Part shown: positions 45,801 through 50,888 of the stretch, one piece after another
Layout: the number at the start of each line of letters is the position of its first letter
How positions within the stretch are numbered: position 1 is the first letter of the stretch
DNA from: a virus
Lineage: Duplodnaviria; Caudoviricetes
Reading direction: 5' to 3' (one strand)
Virus record (IMG/VR): IMGVR_UViG_3300050343_000151
Coordinates: 1 to 50,888 of that record
DNA length: 50,888 nucleotides
Position numbers and translations under genes: made by a program
The notes under the pieces: model-generated
Seen by the model: the letters and a program-made list of their open reading frames with translations, nothing else
The model's database searches: none
Told to the model about the DNA's origin: nothing

Positions 45801-45859
45801 TGATAATTTAATAATGTTTTTTTTAGTTTCGTATTTTACTTTGGTCTTAGCAGGCGTTC

Positions 45860-46132
45860 CTACTTATCTTTAATTTCTACAAAGATAGTTCTATTGTAAG
45901 TACGCCCACCAGAAGTTGTAATTTCACATTTAACTTTGTAAGTTGTGCCATTAGTTCCACCTGATACAAAAACAGTTGAAATTCCAGCACTAGTAAAACT
46001 TTCAGTTACCTTAGTAAGTCCTGTATCTGGAGTAAAAGTACTACCAGTAACAGTCTCAGAATTCTCTAGTAATGAACCAAAGTTAATCTGATAATCTAAA
46101 GTTTCATCAGGATCTTTTACAAAGTATGCCAT
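45860..46132 (-). CDS. Phage fibre-adaptor-like small Ig-fold protein
   Basis: KDPDETLDY...FVSGG..GTTY.V.C.ITTS.GR pattern. Confidence 0.7.
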   Translation of the reverse strand: MAYFVKDPDETLDYQINFGSLLENSETVTGSTFTPDTGLTKVTESFTSAGISTVFVSGGTNGTTYKVKCEITTSGGRTYNRTIFVEIKDK

Positions 46133-46133
46133 G

Positions 46134-46556
46134 TTACGCTACTGTAAATACGCCAGCGGCATTTATTACGATAGTAAATGTACCTGCTGTAGATGCAACT
46201 GATCCACCACTTGTATTTAAATCAACATAAGCAATTAATCCATCACTTGCATGTGTATCTGAATATAACGCAGCATATTTAGCTGTAATTGTAACAGATG
46301 ATCCAAACGTAATATCATCACAGTCAAATTTAACTGTTCCACCAGACTCTGTAACCGTTGGGTTAGCAATAGTCTGAACACTGTAATCACTATCGGTTAC
46401 TTCATTAGTTAAATCTGAAATAGTCGAATGCGTTGCCGCTGGTGAATAACTTGTTGTTAGTAGTTTGCATTTTAGTGTATCGCCATTTAGGTCGATATCA
46501 CCATTTATAATTCTTTCTTTGCCATCATTGTAGATGACCCATGAGCCTGCAGCCAT
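46134..46556 (-). CDS. Virion structural protein
   Basis: IDLNGDTLK..L, FD.DD.TF, LIAYVD pattern; AAGGA SD. Confidence 0.7.
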   Translation of the reverse strand: MAAGSWVIYNDGKERIINGDIDLNGDTLKCKLLTTSYSPAATHSTISDLTNEVTDSDYSVQTIANPTVTESGGTVKFDCDDITFGSSVTITAKYAALYSDTHASDGLIAYVDLNTSGGSVASTAGTFTIVINAAGVFTVA

Positions 46557-46574
46557 AATTTTTTCCTTTATTAG

Positions 46575-48004
46575 TTATGCAACTCTCTGTACGTCATTGC
46601 CGTTTTGGTCATTGACTTGTTGTGAGATCTTGCGAGATTGTTCTTGTGCAATTTTTGTTACCACTAAATCATTTCCGTCTGCACTTAGGAAATTAGCAAC
46701 AAGCAGTCTGCTTTGTTGCTGTGGTGCGATAGTTCTTCCTGCTGGCTCAAAAGATCCAGTTAATGGAAGAGGGGCTAAAGTTGTAAATTGGTAACTGCCT
46801 ACATTTAAAGGTATCGTATTACCAATTCTTAAATTGATTTGTTTACCTGCGGTACTTAATGTTTCAACACCTAAGTTAGTATTAATACCAATATTTAAAC
46901 TAGCTGACTTAACTGCAACAGCCAATGAACCATTACTTACGTTAAGTGTGTTTCCAATTATTAATGAAGGTTGATAACCAACAGTTGTAAATTGATTACC
47001 TAAACCAACTGGAATGTTATTATCAATTCTTAAATTAGATTGTTTACCTTCAATAGCTAATGTTCCAAGACCTGCACCAATCGTGTTACCGATAACTAGT
47101 GATACTTGATATTGAGCATCAAATAGTGCTGTATAACCAACAGAAATATTTTGATCTATAATTTTAGATATTTGTTTACCAGTAACTGTAAGTTGATTAC
47201 CTAATCCAACATCTATATTACAACCAAGACTTAAACTAGGTTGTTGGCCTATAACATTTAATGTTTTAGTGCCAACACTAACAGCATTACCAATTTTTAA
47301 ATTAACTGTATTGCCTGTAGTATTTATTGTGCCACTATTTAAGCTAATTGCATTTCCAATACTTAATGATGGCTGATAACCAACACTTGAGCCTAATGAC
47401 GATGCATTAGGATAAACTTTTACATCAGTAACAACATCAGCTACTTGTTCAGCTATTGTTAAACTGGTTACTCCAACACTTAAATTATGACCAAGTATGG
47501 TGCCAACTTGAAACGATTGACTCGCTTGGCCACCCAATTGTGTAGTTATAACTTGATCAATGACAGTTGAGACTTGCTCAGTATTTGTAGCTAGTGCAAC
47601 TGCACTTGGATATAAATTAGCTGTACCAATAATAGTTGTTGGTAACGGTGAAAAAGTTAAACTAGTTAAACTTGGTTGTATAATAGGTGTCGAGTTGTAA
47701 CTAACTGCACTACTCGTAATACTTAAACTTCCTGTACCAGAGTTAGCTACAAGTGGTGTACCTGTTAATATAATAGCATCGTCACTTACGATTGTTAGTC
47801 CGCCTGTGCCTACTGCTGATTGACAGTCTGTATGTACTGTTACTTGGTAAGTTGCATCAAAGATTGCAGTGAACCCTGCGGTCACTATCATATCTGATCG
47901 CCAAACAACCTGCTTAGTACTTGTAGTTAATGAACCAACACCAGTAGTTAAACCACCAATACCAAATTCACCAATTCCAAAACCACCATACCAAAACCAG
48001 CCAT
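46575..48004 (-). CDS. Repetitive fibre-like structural protein (5' end apparently frameshifted)
   Basis: About 23-aa repeats (IGN...VG.G.L...G.Q). ATG 48004 gives MAGFGIGGFGIGEFGIGG if one T is added near 47988. Confidence 0.7.
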
Positions 48005-48006
48005 GA

Positions 48007-48585
48007 TTAATTAAACCCGTATTTTTTAGCCACTTCATCTAAGGCAGCTATTTTTTGTTCAACAGGGCGCATCTTTCTTAATAAGTTAGCTTCTTTTTTT
48101 CTGCGTGTGTCGTACTTGTCACCAAAGTTATCTAAATTTTTAATAGCTCCATTCCAATCACCATTAGTAATTTGATTCCAAAATTTTGGAGTTTTAGATT
48201 CTAAATCACCGTATTGAAATGCAACTGACGCTATAACTGTCTGAGCAGCTTTAGGTAAACATAAAAAAGATTGTCCTGTGGTTGCTTCAAAAGATTTATT
48301 TAATTTTGATAGTGCTTCGTTCTTAGCAAATTTGTTTATTGTTAGAACTTCTTCATCAGTTAAGTTTAAATTTTTATAATCTAAATTTAATGCGTCTTTA
48401 CCTTTAACACCTAAGTAAGGTCTCATCTTTTCAATTAACTCAGGTGGTAGACCTGCTAGATCTGCATTCTTACGTTGTCCTAAATCAAAACCACTCGCAA
48501 TAGTAACACCAGAGTTACCTAATACTTCACCATTCTGTGTTGGTACATAACCAGTAGATTTTGTACCTTCTAATTCTTGTATAAA
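48007..48585 (-). CDS. Pesticin C-terminal-like muramidase (lysozyme) domain
   Basis: Frame open from 48585: FIQELEG...GYVP...SGVTIASGFDLGQR...QTVIASVAFQYG...TRRKKEA; no proper start of its own. Confidence 0.88.
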   Translation of the reverse strand, partial: FIQELEGTKSTGYVPTQNGEVLGNSGVTIASGFDLGQRKNADLAGLPPELIEKMRPYLGVKGKDALNLDYKNLNLTDEEVLTINKFAKNEALSKLNKSFEATTGQSFLCLPKAAQTVIASVAFQYGDLESKTPKFWNQITNGDWNGAIKNLDNFGDKYDTRRKKEANLLRKMRPVEQKIAALDEVAKKYGFN

Positions 48586-49481
48586 CTAAAGTCACCTAAA
48601 AACCGCTCACCATGAGTAGGTTTTTTTACTGGTAGCGGTATTACATTGTTATTTTGTATTGTTGCTGGGTTAGGAATAATTTCACCCTTACCATTTTCGC
48701 CAGTCATTAATAACTCTGGACCTTGCTCACCAACTAAATAGGCTTTACCTTTTTCAATCATGCCACCTAAAAACATAGGCTCAATTTCTTCAACACTTAC
48801 AGGAGTGATTTCAGCACTTCCTGCGTCTGGAATATCAGTAGTTACTTGGCCACCATATGTTGCAGCTTCAGAATCATTTGGTCCAAGGAATCCATCAGGA
48901 TCAGTAAAAAAACCATCTGACCAATGCGGAGTTTCTCTTCCTAAAATTGTTCTTTCAGGACCAAGAGCTGCATTACTCACAATAGCACCTGCACTACCAA
49001 GTGTATTAGGAGTAAACATTATATGCTCCAACGCCAATATCAGCTAGAGTTCCGCCTAGAGCATTACCCATGTGAGTTAGTTGTTCTCCTATACTAAAGC
49101 TATCCCAATTCGGATCCATTGGTGAACCTGGGCCACCATGAACAAAACCACCACCTGCCGCCCAATCTGCTTGTGCTTGTTCTCGTTCTCTAGCATTCGC
49201 ACCAGCAATCTCTGAACCTAAACCAAAATTTGCAGCCGCAGCCGCATTGGTCGTAGCGTCATCACCATCAACATAACCTTGTCCTACAAAGTTAGCTGCG
49301 GTTGGACCAGAAAAACTTGCAAAGGTTTCTGCACTAAAAGGTGATCCACCTATTGTAGGTCTTTGACTACCCGCATCCTCGTTTTGACCTGCAAAACATT
49401 TGTACTACTAGTGGTACTACTAGTGGTACTACTAGTTGTGCCATCCTTATCTTTATCTGTATCTGCTCCACCACCACACAT
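48570..49481 (-). CDS. N-terminal part of a probable virion protein fused to the muramidase (broken into three frame segments)
   Basis: MCGGG start at 49481 with AAGGA SD; Gly/Ala-rich middle frame 49006-49396; GG..EKGKAYLVGEQGPEL motif in 48570-49019. Confidence 0.6.
49402..49436. repeat. 12-bp tandem repeat x3 encoding TTSS
   Basis: GTACTACTAGTG repeated. Confidence 0.85.
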
Positions 49482-49494
49482 ATAATCACATTCC

Positions 49495-50888
49495 TTAACT
49501 GTCGAAAAAAGCGTCTGGTTCCAAATACGCTTGTTTATAAAATTTTGGAGGTGTAGGTTCCATGTCGTAAATCCTGCTAACACAATCAATAAGATCATCG
49601 TGAACACCAAACGGGAAATATACACACTCCTCGATAAAATCCCTGGTAAGGTCATAAACTTTTTTCTCCTCGTCTATCCGTTTGATCGGTTCAGCGAGTT
49701 CAAAAGTTTTACCTTTACGTTTTTCTTTTACGGCTTTGTCATGCTTGTCATCAACTGATGTATAATGCACAACACCGTTCTTGGTTTTCCATAGAGACTT
49801 TTTATAAGCCTCATGCCACACCACTACAGGTAAGAAAAAACGACCATCCAACATATCTGGAATTAATCTTTCAACTCGGTCTTGTTTTGATCCTCCACCT
49901 GATCTTGGCCAAGCCAACTCTTTGATCTCAAAGTGTTCGTTGTCCATCTTCATCATTGCTTGAAAGTGTTCTATGTCACTTTGCATTCCGTAACGCTCAT
50001 ATCCAATATGAACACTTACGACCCCTTGCATTTTGATCCACCGTCTGCGTAACAACTTTAAAAAGTTCCAACGCTCGGATAAATTCATCCGATGGCGGTA
50101 ACCGTCTAATAAATATTTATTTAAATTTGAATCTACACCAATAACTGCAAACGCTGTTCTATCTGATCGTGTGCCTGATCCTTTACTTGGATCACACATG
50201 ATATAAACATTTAAAGTAGTCGGTCTAATTTCATATGTTCGTAACCAATCAATATCAAACATTGACTCGTTACCTGCGGCAGGATTTTGCAACATCTGCG
50301 CAGAAATAGTTGTGGGCTGTGTTTTCTTTTTTCGTTCCCACTCTTCAGGTGACAAAAAAACAGGTTCACCATCCAACTTACCATTCTTAGTAGCTGCATA
50401 AATGCGTTCTTTAAACACACCACGCTCTAACATAAAGTGATAAGTGTCGGCTAGGTGATAGCGTGTACCAATGGTCCACACTCTAGATTTATCACCTATG
50501 CCTAGGTTGTCGGATAGTTCCCACGCTTCTGTAGTCTTCTTCACCATGTCAGGTGTCGTTACACTTTCTCGTGTAACCACATCATCGTAAATTCTAAGTT
50601 GAAAGTGACGACCAGTTGGTTGTCCATCTACTAAACCCCATGCCTCAACTGTGGCTTCTTTGGGATTAGAGTTGCGTCTAACAACTACACCATCATCTTC
50701 TGACCATTTCGGAGCTTCACGTTTTTCGTTAGTCCAAACAACATCAGGATAAAGATGTTTTAATTTTACACTGCCTTCTAATTCTCTTTTAATTTGACGT
50801 AAAAAAGATTTTGCAATTGGCCGTGTATGCGAAAATATACCAATAGTAATTTCCGGGTTTAACAAGATTGCTTGTATCGTGCCTGCGT
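49495..50888 (-). CDS. terL: Terminase large subunit (N-terminus beyond the window)
   Basis: TGRHF..RIYDD (Walker B), IGTRYH..D, CDP...D.TA, HDDLID nuclease motifs; frame open to the window edge. Confidence 0.93.
   Translation of the reverse strand, partial: AGTIQAILLNPEITIGIFSHTRPIAKSFLRQIKRELEGSVKLKHLYPDVVWTNEKREAPKWSEDDGVVVRRNSNPKEATVEAWGLVDGQPTGRHFQLRIYDDVVTRESVTTPDMVKKTTEAWELSDNLGIGDKSRVWTIGTRYHLADTYHFMLERGVFKERIYAATKNGKLDGEPVFLSPEEWERKKKTQPTTISAQMLQNPAAGNESMFDIDWLRTYEIRPTTLNVYIMCDPSKGSGTRSDRTAFAVIGVDSNLNKYLLDGYRHRMNLSERWNFLKLLRRRWIKMQGVVSVHIGYERYGMQSDIEHFQAMMKMDNEHFEIKELAWPRSGGGSKQDRVERLIPDMLDGRFFLPVVVWHEAYKKSLWKTKNGVVHYTSVDDKHDKAVKEKRKGKTFELAEPIKRIDEEKKVYDLTRDFIEECVYFPFGVHDDLIDCVSRIYDMEPTPPKFYKQAYLEPDAFFDS

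Larger units (their letters stand above)
1..50888. mobile_element. Temperate tailed phage genome (podovirus-like), near complete, excised/virion form
   Basis: Terminase, portal, scaffold, capsid, tail and ejection proteins, primase-helicase, integrase with intact attP. No tape-measure/sheath module and no host housekeeping genes seen. Confidence 0.95.

Noticed and set aside
47985-49400. Programmed ribosomal frameshifting cascade
   Set aside because: No canonical slippery heptamers at the breaks; several short indels clustered near the contig end are better explained as sequencing error.
1-50888. Stop-codon reassignment
   Set aside because: Long genes are intact in the standard code and TAA, TAG and TGA all terminate genes at sensible positions.

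Overview
The whole window is a near-complete (>50.9 kb), AT-rich temperate tailed-phage genome in its excised form. It is podovirus-like, probably infects a marine (alpha)proteobacterium, and contains no host genes. Layout: (i) putative terS plus a rightward early operon (Gp88-family Cys protein, C5 DNA methyltransferase, many small ORFs); (ii) a leftward replication/recombination operon (Sak4-like ATPase, SSB-like protein, SF2 helicase, DUF3310, Cas4-like nuclease, primase-helicase) ending in an iteron-like origin, with no DNA polymerase seen; (iii) repressor-xis-integrase followed by an intact attP whose core is the 5' half of a tRNA-Phe gene; (iv) a long leftward late operon (terL cut by the window edge, pesticin-type muramidase, fibre module, portal, resolvase, scaffold, capsid, tail, ejection proteins including a 2487-aa protein, holins, exported proteins). 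The most unusual signals are: near-total absence of CCNG/CNGG 4-mers in the first 6.3 kb, which encodes the methyltransferase; two stem-loops whose loops are complementary to the downstream Shine-Dalgarno sequence; the 5'-tRNA attP; and a cluster of tiny Lys-rich late peptides. Six apparent indels break reading frames and are probably sequencing errors. All family calls come from motif recognition by eye, and all counts are manual.
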